Source of the DNA: Sulfolobus acidocaldarius DSM 639
Lineage (GTDB): Archaea; Thermoproteota; Thermoprotei_A; Sulfolobales; Sulfolobaceae
Assembly: GCF_000012285.1 (NCBI RefSeq)
Contig: NC_007181.1
Location: forward strand, 780,001 to 812,000
Direction: 5' to 3'
Length of the DNA: 32,000 nt
Below, in pieces: positions 23,401-30,962 of the stretch. Below the pieces are notes generated by a model that saw only the letters and a list, made by a program, of their open reading frames with translations, ran no database searches and was not told the origin of the DNA. A program made the position numbers and the translations under genes. Position 1 is the first letter of the stretch; each line of letters starts with the position of its first letter.

Positions 23401-23881
23401 AGGTTTCTTAGCCTTTTACGTGGGGAACAATCAGCGATCTGACTTTCAGATAAATTCAGAGACTCAGCCTTGGGGAGTAGCTACAATTGAGTCCCTATCA
23501 GCAATTAATGATACGTTGTACCCATATTACATCTCGAATCTAGGCAACTTCAACTACATGACGAACATGCAGTGGAACGGGACTGCACTTATAATTGACA
23601 TATATATGCATAGTGACAACTCTACAACACTTTACTTCCACACGATATATGATAGATTTAACATACTCGTAAACGGGCAATATGTTAAGTATGCACGATC
23701 TTTCAATGTTATCTATTTCCTCGCCAATTTAAGACAGGGACAGAATACAATAATAATAGTCCCTAATCCTTCAACAGGGAAGAACAATATGACCGGGAGT
23801 GTGATCATCTATGTCATCCCGATAGCTCTTGTAGGTATCTTTTTCTTGATATTTTGGGTATTAAGAAGGAGTAAAAAGTAG
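20414..23881 (+). CDS. Large secreted, C-terminally membrane-anchored protein rich in N-glycosylation sequons, function unknown (contains alpha/alpha-repeat-like segments)
   Basis: N-terminal signal-like segment MKFVSIFLILHILIGTIAPVLTTG. C-terminal TM helix VIIYVIPIALVGIFFLIFWVL followed by RRSKK. By manual count about 26 N-x-S/T sequons. Rich in Asn/Ser/Thr/Tyr and poor in charged residues. SD-like GGTGAGGGTGGGG just upstream of the ATG. Confidence 0.8.
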   Translation: MKFVSIFLILHILIGTIAPVLTTGSSLNPPPEWLAQAVNTQINQLWAKSPTGLYAFKEAQTANNSFWLDDQAKFLQSIAPYWQSYSTYVSPILQFLQQGDINGLFIKRFEYPSLQNLGTDTWTNGFEILRGNPLSENFSVSTYYNPTLPLAFLSPIIIQLPDGVLVNVNQDMENIVIDGGFGGSGGQNPPWISFNGTVANGSIVTLIKSAKTYLNLTGPTFFGTPSENLYVNFPIINRLQSPYPIQFMNGLGGQYNYQQKFVPINFTILVQGHGFFYFTFIWAPNVHGYPGNTLYASFVPVYVNSNTWTQITIPILQQEVPEVVATTLPIFLVGVGFIVSSAGTSVSGTFPSRTKPSVVYIADLSTNVPTTYSPQFSITQEDNSVVYNESWKSDYYGVTFWYAWILNDSNALIGLGYIPLANSTIYVPFNQLSTLSTGYTELVTQNQGLIKNYQDISNVSWSYFTNVNIGKWMLLSTNYAPNWIGELQLLFVFPGASTSSQYINVLGHSAYGGDPYQVRNTLYFNSTFSTPPGMYQWVQVAYRAPNSSWYFTFDLYPSVDYIPDPNNVVNLLLNVPTYYEYADLGMNYYEGEIIYALALLGEYGNSQALQMAEQAWSAYYSLLQKYNGQTYTSSLALFILATEVLYQVTGSPEYSSALDQLGSWLLQYQNVSRYAYYYFPMWYHKINTGLDVNGFNSYGLIINQSSNMGVGYVMSGTQIRVNFFEDIPLNTSYAIYLLDKGTLPFTYQNTLNVSGTFTTTLWMNAQTAGTLANITVTVQIANNGNVLQTIGSGTLTNVQLGGGAGSPPFYPVTLKFPVLTTINAPPNSTLIVGLNIKGTNTVYVLVDSTNGPSNVTIPLSWKNPFYGEFTLPEIENPNPAVKNYPQPYLLDAGALSGLALVTLYKTTGNTTYMQRAQLVMNSIHYGPVPESGYQVLGINTFQANRLWVYASYSTVDADAYTYKSELTAEFALAVGNYTVASLALTDVWWRTVCNYSGFLAFYVGNNQRSDFQINSETQPWGVATIESLSAINDTLYPYYISNLGNFNYMTNMQWNGTALIIDIYMHSDNSTTLYFHTIYDRFNILVNGQYVKYARSFNVIYFLANLRQGQNTIIIVPNPSTGKNNMTGSVIIYVIPIALVGIFFLIFWVLRRSKK

Positions 23882-23951
23882 TAAGTTCTAGGCTGATTAC
23901 GGTCTGTCGATAAAAAGTAAATTATAGCTTTAGCCAGTTTGTACTGCCAGT

Positions 23952-25004
23952 TTATACTGCAGCCCTACTCTTGTTACCTAAAATCTTCTTCTCACCAAAA
24001 TACATGGCAACTAACGTAATCATTGAAAATAATGTCATTCCGCCTGCAACATAATCGCTGACTGTACCTACAACCGGGACTACTGCACCTTCTATGGACG
24101 CAATATTTATTGATGCACCTGTGTTCTTAGAGTTGAATACTTTAGGTACAACACTCGTAATGGTTATTCCAAACATTACAAGAGGTATTATTAAAATTGG
24201 GCTCCCTGTAAGGAAGAACAAAAACCCAAATATACCTGCTGATATGCCTGAAAGGGTGAACGCTACTTTGTAGTTGATCACTGAATTAACGATGTACATT
24301 GGAAGTGAGAGAACATAAGCTAATAGGAGTAGTTCCAACTCTCCCTGTCTTTCAAGTATCTGTGGTGCTAATGTTAATATAAAACTAGGTTCAAGTGTTA
24401 AGAGAAATATCATAATCGTGTACAATGATATGTGGTTATCTAGTATGATATGATCTTCAGCCTTGAATTTGAGAGTATATTTTCCTAGAAGGGCTAATGG
24501 TAAGCTTATGACTCCGACAGCATATATCGAGCGCCAATTATCTAATAAACTATAAGACGCCTGTGCAAATATCCATCCTATTGCCCATCCGCTCAATGCT
24601 AGACCAATAACTATTCTATTACCTGATCTGACAGCTTGATCTATGGACAATGAAGCTATTATTCCAAAAATAATCCCTAATGTAAATCTTAGCCACATTA
24701 TAAGGATATAATTCACATTAGTTACACTTAGAAGCAAAGAAACTATCCCAAGGATTGTTAGGGAGAGTGAAAATATCATATCCGATTTTACTATGCGAAT
24801 TATTCTTTGGTAGATCAAAGCCCCAATTAGCCTTCCGAGAAATGGGATGGAAACAAGTACGTAGGATAACCATGTAGGTAGAGAGAATTGATCTACAACG
24901 TAAGCTGAGGACACTATCAAATAGGCTGGTATAACGTAGCCGATTATAGAAGTAATTGCTATTTTGTATGCCTCCATTTTTCTCTTCCTAGTCTGCTTAG
25001 ACAT
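23952..25004 (-). CDS. Multi-pass membrane transporter, MFS-like
   Basis: 350 aa, about 10-11 hydrophobic helices, basic N-terminus. A loop motif LGRLIGALIYQRI after TM2 resembles the MFS G-x-x-x-D/R-R/K motif. Family assignment is tentative. Confidence 0.55.
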   Translation of the reverse strand: MSKQTRKRKMEAYKIAITSIIGYVIPAYLIVSSAYVVDQFSLPTWLSYVLVSIPFLGRLIGALIYQRIIRIVKSDMIFSLSLTILGIVSLLLSVTNVNYILIMWLRFTLGIIFGIIASLSIDQAVRSGNRIVIGLALSGWAIGWIFAQASYSLLDNWRSIYAVGVISLPLALLGKYTLKFKAEDHIILDNHISLYTIMIFLLTLEPSFILTLAPQILERQGELELLLLAYVLSLPMYIVNSVINYKVAFTLSGISAGIFGFLFFLTGSPILIIPLVMFGITITSVVPKVFNSKNTGASINIASIEGAVVPVVGTVSDYVAGGMTLFSMITLVAMYFGEKKILGNKSRAAV

Positions 25005-25225
25005 TCCTAAGAAAATTTAAATCTGTTATCGTATAAGTTTAAATCTACTTTGAAATCTTAGAAAACAAAATTACAGTAATGGTTTTTGTTAGAATCAAGT
25101 GTTTGAAGAATAATAGTCTAAAGTGAATATTTTTCAAAATTTTCCTGCTCAAATTCACGTCGATTTAAATTAGTTGTCAGATAAAAGTTGGAAAAGTCTT
25201 ATAAGGTAGTGTCAAATTTTGGCAT

Positions 25226-25438
25226 ATGAATCACTTAATAGTAGTCACTTTAACTGAGGGAGAAATTGAAAATAACAAAGAAAAATTGTCCAATATATTG
25301 AAAAAGTTAAGAGTTAACGATGAGTTAATTTTGTTAAGCAAACTTGACGTTTCTTATATGTTTAAAGGGTATAAAATAGTAGAAAAAAATAAGGATGATG
25401 AAGAAGGAATATGGATTCTGAGGGTAAAAAAGAATTAA
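25226..25438 (+). CDS. Hypothetical small protein
   Basis: 70-aa ORF with a TATA-like TTATAAGG about 24 nt upstream of the ATG (leaderless-type spacing). No motif recognised. Confidence 0.35.
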   Translation: MNHLIVVTLTEGEIENNKEKLSNILKKLRVNDELILLSKLDVSYMFKGYKIVEKNKDDEEGIWILRVKKN

Positions 25439-25956
25439 TTGTAACCAATATTATCTAACTTTAATGTGAATTTACAAAAAATTATTATCAAGTGATTGAA
25501 ATTCTTCTATAAATAAAGAATAACCTTGGGCGAAGGAGATATATGGTAACACTTAAGGGGTAATACTGCATGAATACAAATTCTTTTCATTTTTTCTACG
25601 ATGGTTGATTCACTCTTTTGTGGCTACTTGATCCTAAAATTATATATTATTCAATTATTTACCATGGACTTTGCGTAAATATTTATCAATTTTTATGTGA
25701 GTATGGCTTAATAACTTGTTATTTCACAAATAAAAATAGACCTATATGGCAAAGAAGAAGAAGGAGCAACAGCAGTCTGGTCAACAATCAGGTGGACAAA
25801 AGAAATAATGTGAACCACCATTTTTATTTTTAACTCAAGATAATTTTTTTCTATTTCTCCTTTTTCATAAGTTATACTGCTGTTAGTACTTAGACTTAAT
25901 CTAAGTTGCTGTCGTGGATAGAATTCTCTATCAGTGTGTGTTCTTTCAATTATTTT

Positions 25957-25998
25957 TCGATTTCGATAGATTTATATTTTAGGATATCGATTTCGATA
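25957..25998 (+). promoter_or_regulatory. padR promoter with two identical 12-bp operator-like sites flanking the TATA box
   Basis: TCGATTTCGATA occurs at 25957-25968 and again at 25987-25998, 30 bp apart. The second copy sits in a perfect 7-2-7 inverted repeat ATATCGA-TT-TCGATAT (25984-25999). The TATA-like TTTATATTTT at 25971-25980 is centred about 26 nt upstream of the PadR ATG (26001). Confidence 0.45.
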
Positions 25999-26000
25999 TT

Positions 26001-26408
26001 ATGAGCGAGTTACTGGCAAGACAGAGAGGTAGATTAAGACTCCTAATTCTTTGGCTCTTATATCAGTCCCCTAAAAGAGGGATAGATATCATTGACGATA
26101 TATATAAAATGAGTTGGGGTATGTGGAGACCATCTCCCGGTTCTGTCTATCCATTATTGAATAAGCTTCTGGAGGAAGGAGCGGTAAGAAAAGAAGGTGG
26201 GGATAAATATCAGATAACAGATAAAGGTATAAAGGAAATAGAGCATTTCATACTTGTTAGAAACAGAAGTAAAACTGAGGATGCTGTTGAGGAACTACGA
26301 GGTTTACTTGATTTCTTTAAGGAAATAAATAGGGAGGAGTTGGCGCTCCATAAGGAGAATATTCTAGATATACTAAAGAAAATAGAAGAGGTGGTAAGAA
26401 ACGCGTGA
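26001..26408 (+). CDS. PadR-family transcriptional regulator
   Basis: Winged-helix signature LLILWLLYQSPKRGIDIIDDI...SPGSVYPLLNKLLEEGAV plus a C-terminal coiled-coil helix. 135 aa. Confidence 0.85.
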   Translation: MSELLARQRGRLRLLILWLLYQSPKRGIDIIDDIYKMSWGMWRPSPGSVYPLLNKLLEEGAVRKEGGDKYQITDKGIKEIEHFILVRNRSKTEDAVEELRGLLDFFKEINREELALHKENILDILKKIEEVVRNA

Positions 26409-26412
26409 GAAC

Positions 26413-27399
26413 ATAATTGAAGCGATCGACTTAACCAAAAGGTTTGGAAAATTCACCGCAGTAGACCATGTTAGCTTTAAGGTTGTTGAGGGAGAAATAT
26501 TTGGTTTTTTAGGACCTAACGGCGCTGGCAAGTCTACTACAGTAAAGATGCTTACCACTGTCCTTAAGCCCTCAGAAGGCACTGGAATAGTAAATGGGTA
26601 TGATATCGTTAAACAGCCTTCATTGGTGAGGAGATCTATAGGAGTTGTACCTCAAGAGTTCACAGCTGATGAAGATTTGACAGGTTGGGAGAATATCATG
26701 ATGATGGCTGGTTTATACGGTATTCCAAAGGACGTAGCGAATGAGAGAGGTAAGGAATTATTGGAACTAGTTGAACTTACCAACGCTGCCAATAGAAAAG
26801 TTGAGACTTACTCAGGAGGAATGAGGAGGAGATTAGAGATAGCCATGTCACTAATTAGTAGACCTAAAATCCTATTTTTAGATGAGCCTACAATCGGTTT
26901 AGATGCCCAAACAAGGGTATCTATTTGGAAGTACATTCTAGAACTTAAAAAAGAACAAGGTATGACGATATTTGTTACCACCCACTATTTAGAGGAAGCT
27001 GACAATTACGCTGACAGGATAGCCATTATTGATCACGGAAAAATTGTAGCAATTGGAAGTCCTAAAGAGCTCAAGGACAAAATAGGCGGTGATATCATCA
27101 GTCTAAGTACAAGTAATAATGAGTTAGCCCAGCAGTATATAAAAGTGGTTGAGGGCGTAAAGGAGCTGAAAGTCATGGATGGTATGATAAGGGTAAAGGT
27201 GGAAAGAGGAGAGGAGATAGCACCTAAAATTATGGAGGAGTTAATAAAGAAAGGAATAAAGGTCGGTAAATTATACATTACTGAACCAACTTTAGATGAG
27301 GTCTATATGGAATATACTGGGAGGAAAATGAGAGATCAAGAAGCAGGTGAAGGAGAGATGTTTGCGTTAAGAAGAACTTTAAGGAGGGCGAGAGGATGA
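26413..27399 (+). CDS. ABC transporter ATP-binding protein (DrrA/ABC-2 type); start codon unresolved
   Basis: Walker A GPNGAGKSTT, Q-loop VVPQE, signature YSGGMRRR, Walker B ILFLDEPT, H-loop TTHY. The track start (ATG 26548) lies after the P-loop. The frame is open back to the TAA at 26395-26397 and reads ETRENIIEAIDLTKRFGKFTAV. It contains no ATG/GTG/TTG. I place a provisional start at ATA 26413 or ATT 26416. Confidence 0.75.
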   Translation: MIEAIDLTKRFGKFTAVDHVSFKVVEGEIFGFLGPNGAGKSTTVKMLTTVLKPSEGTGIVNGYDIVKQPSLVRRSIGVVPQEFTADEDLTGWENIMMMAGLYGIPKDVANERGKELLELVELTNAANRKVETYSGGMRRRLEIAMSLISRPKILFLDEPTIGLDAQTRVSIWKYILELKKEQGMTIFVTTHYLEEADNYADRIAIIDHGKIVAIGSPKELKDKIGGDIISLSTSNNELAQQYIKVVEGVKELKVMDGMIRVKVERGEEIAPKIMEELIKKGIKVGKLYITEPTLDEVYMEYTGRKMRDQEAGEGEMFALRRTLRRARG

Positions 27400-28280
27400 A
27401 GACACTAGAACGTAATGAAGAAAGGGTAAACATGTCTCCATTGCACGGTCTATTCACCTTATTAAACAGAGAACTGAAAAAGTGGTATAAGGACATTGTA
27501 GTCTTGTTGTTATCTATAATACAACCCATCCTCTGGATAGGACTATTTGGGAAAGCTATGAACCTAGCCAACATATTTAGCGGTACTTCATTCAATATCC
27601 CTGGCTTAGATATTCCTAAGCAAGTTCTAGACCAAATTGCTCAACAGGCGTTAGCGCAGACATTTGGAACATCAGATTACTTTTCATTTTTAGCTGCGGG
27701 CATGTTATCTTTCATTGCCCTATTCACCTCAATGCAAAGTGGTATGTCTATAGTGTGGGATAGGAGATTGGGTGTTTTAGATAGGTTGCTAACTACTCCT
27801 GTTTCAAGAGCCAATATATTGATGGCTAAGGTATTTTCATCGGTTATTAGGTCTTTAGTTCAGTCAAGTATAGTACTAGCTATCGCAGTCCTATTGGGCA
27901 TGAGTTTCAGAGTGGGTATCTCGCCTTTAGACTTTCTAGGGTCTTATGCTGCATTATTTCTAATGTCATTTGGTTTATCGTCTTTGTTTATGATGGTGGC
28001 AATAAGGGCTACAACGTGGCAGTCTCAAATGGCTATAATGAACCTTCTCAATTTACCCCTACTGTTTACTAGTAACGCTTTCTACCCTGTCGATTCTATG
28101 CCCTGGTGGTTAAAACCTGTTGCTGAGGTCAACCCACTGACACACTCAAACTCCATAATAAGGAATTTACTATTAGGCGTTCCAGGGAATTTAGCTATCG
28201 ACTTCATATATTTAGTAGTATTTGCATTAATACTTTCGATTATAGGAATAACCCTATCCTGGAAATACCTAAGTTCATGA
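27396..28280 (+). CDS. ABC-2 type transporter permease
   Basis: 294 aa with six hydrophobic helices. ATGA overlap with the ATPase gene. Typical ABC-2 exporter layout. Confidence 0.8.
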   Translation: MKTLERNEERVNMSPLHGLFTLLNRELKKWYKDIVVLLLSIIQPILWIGLFGKAMNLANIFSGTSFNIPGLDIPKQVLDQIAQQALAQTFGTSDYFSFLAAGMLSFIALFTSMQSGMSIVWDRRLGVLDRLLTTPVSRANILMAKVFSSVIRSLVQSSIVLAIAVLLGMSFRVGISPLDFLGSYAALFLMSFGLSSLFMMVAIRATTWQSQMAIMNLLNLPLLFTSNAFYPVDSMPWWLKPVAEVNPLTHSNSIIRNLLLGVPGNLAIDFIYLVVFALILSIIGITLSWKYLSS

Positions 28281-28326
28281 TGAGCTTGACCGGGAATGAA
28301 TGGTGATGTAAAGGCACGTGTGCTGA

Positions 28327-28332
28327 TTTTTT
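28327..28332 (+). terminator. T6 run after the ABC operon
   Basis: GCTGATTTTTTAAAC lies about 45 nt after the permease stop codon. Confidence 0.3.
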
Positions 28333-28351
28333 AAACTTTCTAACCCTATCT

Positions 28352-30472
28352 ATGATTATGTATGTAGGCAAGCCTGTCAAGAGAATCGAAGATGTGAGGT
28401 TAATAACAGGAAAAGGTTCCTATGTTGATGATATACAAATACCTGGAACACACTTTGTGGCTTTTTTAAGAAGTCAATATCCTCATGCGAAAATTAAGTT
28501 GAAAAAGACTGATGGTGTCTTTACTGGTAATGAGATTAATCCTGGAAAAGATTTTCCAATCGCAACAGAAGAGGTAACTTATGTAGGTCAGCCCATTGCA
28601 ATGGTTATAGCTAAGGACAGATATGAGGCATATGACCTACTGGAAAACATTGAAGTGGAATATGAGCCATTAGACTTTGTAACAGATCCTGAAGTTGCCT
28701 TAAAGGATGAGATAAAAGTTTACAGCAAAAGTCAGAGCAACATAGTTTACAGGGAGGTATTCAAAGGGGGAGATGTGGAGAAAATCTTCAATAGTGCCTA
28801 CAAGGTAATTAAGGGCAAACTCTACAACCAACGTATAGTCGCATCTCCTCTTGAGACTAGGGGCGCATTAGCCTTCTATGACGGAGGTAAGTTGACTTTT
28901 TACTCCTCAACACAATCTGCTCACTATTTGAGGAGGAATTTAGCAGAGTTTCTTGGCTTTCAGGATATTCGTGTGATTCAACCTGATGTGGGAGGAGCAT
29001 TTGGAAGTAAGATAATAGCTCATCCTGAGGAATACGCATTAGCTAAGTTGTCGATACTAACTAGAAAACCGCTAAAGTGGATACCGACAAGAACAGAGGA
29101 GTTTCTGTCTGCGGGTCATGGAAGGGACAAATTCTTGGAGTTCGAGACAGCAGTAGACAGAGAGGGTAATGTATTAGGAATTAGAGGAAGACTAGTGGGT
29201 AATTTGGGCGCACCCTATCCAGATGCGAATGATGATGAGTTGGGAAATGTTCAAAGTGCAACAAAAATGTTACCAGGCATATACAAGATAAAGGGTATTG
29301 AGATCGAAGCCATAGCAGTAAATACCAATGTTCCTCCCACTCAGTCATATAGGGGTGCAGGGAGACCAGAGGCGACATACTTTATTGAGAGAATAATGAA
29401 TATAGTGGCAGATGAACTAGGAATTGACCAATATGAGATAAGAGTGAAAAATGCTATTGATTCATTACCTTACACAAATCCGTTGGGTATAAAGTATGAC
29501 TCAGGAAATGTGAAGGGATTACTTGAATATGGTAGAAAGTTCTATGAAAGCCTAAAATCCCAGGGTTGTGTGGGAGTCTCTTCATATACTGAAATTTCAG
29601 GTTTTGGACCTTGGGAGACGGCAAGAATATTCATAAAATATGACGGAAAAATAACTTTAGTCACAGGTACAGGTCCCCACGGTCAAGGTGATGCGACGGC
29701 ATTTGCTCAAATTGCCGCAGATATTCTCGAGATACCAATAGAAAATATTGAGGTGAGATGGGGAGACACTGAAATTATTGAGGACGGTATTGGAACATGG
29801 GGCAGTAGGACAGTTACCATAGGCGGATCTGCAGTAGTTTTAGCAACTCAGCAATTAAAGAAGAAATTAATTGAGGTTGGTGCTAAGTTACTAAAAGCTG
29901 ATGTAGAGGAGGTTGAGTACAAACAAGGAAAGGTTATTCATAAGAAGACTGGAGAATCAGTGGACTTGAACAGGATAGCGCGCAAGGCTTTTTCCTTTGG
30001 GGAGAGCCTTGACGTGACTAGTGTATATAAAGTCGATCTACCACCTACTACCCCATACGGCGTTCATTTAGCTTTAGTAGACGTTGACGAGACAGGGAAG
30101 GTTGTCGTTAAAAAGTATGTTGCAATTGATGACGTGGGTGTAGTTATCAATCCTTTGTTGGCTGAAGGTCAGGTAATAGGAGGTGCTCTTCAGGGATTAT
30201 CGCAAGGACTACTAGAGGGTACTGTCTTTAATGATCAAGGTCAACTACTCACTTCTAATTTCCAGGACTATGCTATACCTACTGCTGTTGAGTCTCCGGA
30301 TGTGGAATGGCACAATGTAATATATGGAAAATCGTCTCATCCCACAGGAAGTAAAGGTATAGGTGAGGCTGGTGCTATAGCAGCTACACCTGCTGTGATT
30401 AACGCAGTAGAGCAATGTGTGAAGAAGAGGATTTTGAAGATGCCTGTAAGATTTGAGGATCTGGTGAGTTGA
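28352..30472 (+). CDS. Molybdopterin-binding oxidoreductase large subunit (xanthine dehydrogenase / aldehyde oxidase / CoxL-CutA family)
   Basis: N-terminal GKPVKRIEDVRLITGKGSYVDD, then GGAFGSK, YRGAGRPE, GTWGSRT and GIGEAG, typical of the MoCo large subunit family. 706 aa. Confidence 0.85.
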   Translation: MIMYVGKPVKRIEDVRLITGKGSYVDDIQIPGTHFVAFLRSQYPHAKIKLKKTDGVFTGNEINPGKDFPIATEEVTYVGQPIAMVIAKDRYEAYDLLENIEVEYEPLDFVTDPEVALKDEIKVYSKSQSNIVYREVFKGGDVEKIFNSAYKVIKGKLYNQRIVASPLETRGALAFYDGGKLTFYSSTQSAHYLRRNLAEFLGFQDIRVIQPDVGGAFGSKIIAHPEEYALAKLSILTRKPLKWIPTRTEEFLSAGHGRDKFLEFETAVDREGNVLGIRGRLVGNLGAPYPDANDDELGNVQSATKMLPGIYKIKGIEIEAIAVNTNVPPTQSYRGAGRPEATYFIERIMNIVADELGIDQYEIRVKNAIDSLPYTNPLGIKYDSGNVKGLLEYGRKFYESLKSQGCVGVSSYTEISGFGPWETARIFIKYDGKITLVTGTGPHGQGDATAFAQIAADILEIPIENIEVRWGDTEIIEDGIGTWGSRTVTIGGSAVVLATQQLKKKLIEVGAKLLKADVEEVEYKQGKVIHKKTGESVDLNRIARKAFSFGESLDVTSVYKVDLPPTTPYGVHLALVDVDETGKVVVKKYVAIDDVGVVINPLLAEGQVIGGALQGLSQGLLEGTVFNDQGQLLTSNFQDYAIPTAVESPDVEWHNVIYGKSSHPTGSKGIGEAGAIAATPAVINAVEQCVKKRILKMPVRFEDLVS

Positions 30473-30473
30473 A

Positions 30474-30962
30474 TTGAATAGACATCTTCTTTCTGATAAA
30501 GATAAAAGGGATTTTTTATCAAAAGTTAAACAAAAATATAATATTGAGTTAGAGGGTCAGATAGAGGTAGGAAAGGAAAAGAAAGAGTTGTATTACTTTG
30601 TGAATGGTCTACTCTCATTCTTCTCAGAAGAAATCATTCCCACTTTATGTTTTGTTCAAAAGTATAAACTCGATTTACCATATGTTGTAGTCGATGAGGG
30701 GGCTGTTAAGAGAGTGACAGACGGCGCGGATTTATTTGTACCAGGCATAGTAAGTTATAATTGTGAATGTAAAGAAGGGGACGTGGTCTTAGTTAAGACA
30801 AAAACCAACTTACCAATAGCTATAATAAAAGTCATTCTTAATAAAGATAAAGCTATTCAAGATAAAAAAGGTAAGTTTGGTGTAAATTTGCACTACGTGT
30901 CTGATAATATATGGGAGATGTGCAATGCTGGGCGTGGTAATCCCAACTTACAACGAAGCTGA
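30474..30962 (+). CDS. PUA-domain RNA-binding protein (Tma20/MCT-1-like archaeal type)
   Basis: C-terminal PUA signature VVVDEGAVKRVTDGADLFVPGIV...GDVVLVKT...PIAI. TTG start abutting the upstream stop codon. Confidence 0.65.
   Translation: MNRHLLSDKDKRDFLSKVKQKYNIELEGQIEVGKEKKELYYFVNGLLSFFSEEIIPTLCFVQKYKLDLPYVVVDEGAVKRVTDGADLFVPGIVSYNCECKEGDVVLVKTKTNLPIAIIKVILNKDKAIQDKKGKFGVNLHYVSDNIWEMCNAGRGNPNLQRS

Noticed and set aside
23934-23959. Tandem 13-bp near-duplicate CCAGTTTGTACTG / CCAGTTTATACTG at the 3' end of the MFS-like gene
   Set aside because: It is a single imperfect duplication overlapping a stop codon. It is most simply a small slippage scar, with no further copies seen.
25618-25833. 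71-aa ORF in the padR upstream gap
   Set aside because: TTG start, Tyr/Ile/Asn-rich with an Arg run, and no promoter spacing. It is more likely a chance ORF in AT-rich spacer. Only the embedded 20-codon micro-ORF in another frame was kept, as a low-interest note.
26548-27399. Track call of the ABC ATPase starting at ATG 26548
   Set aside because: This start lies after the Walker A P-loop, which is encoded in the same open frame upstream. A protein from this start would lack ATP binding.
27278-27595. 105-aa minus-strand ORF across the ABC ATPase/permease junction, and the 69-aa ORF 26373-26582 across the PadR/ABC junction
   Set aside because: Both are antisense to well-supported, translationally coupled genes and carry no motifs.
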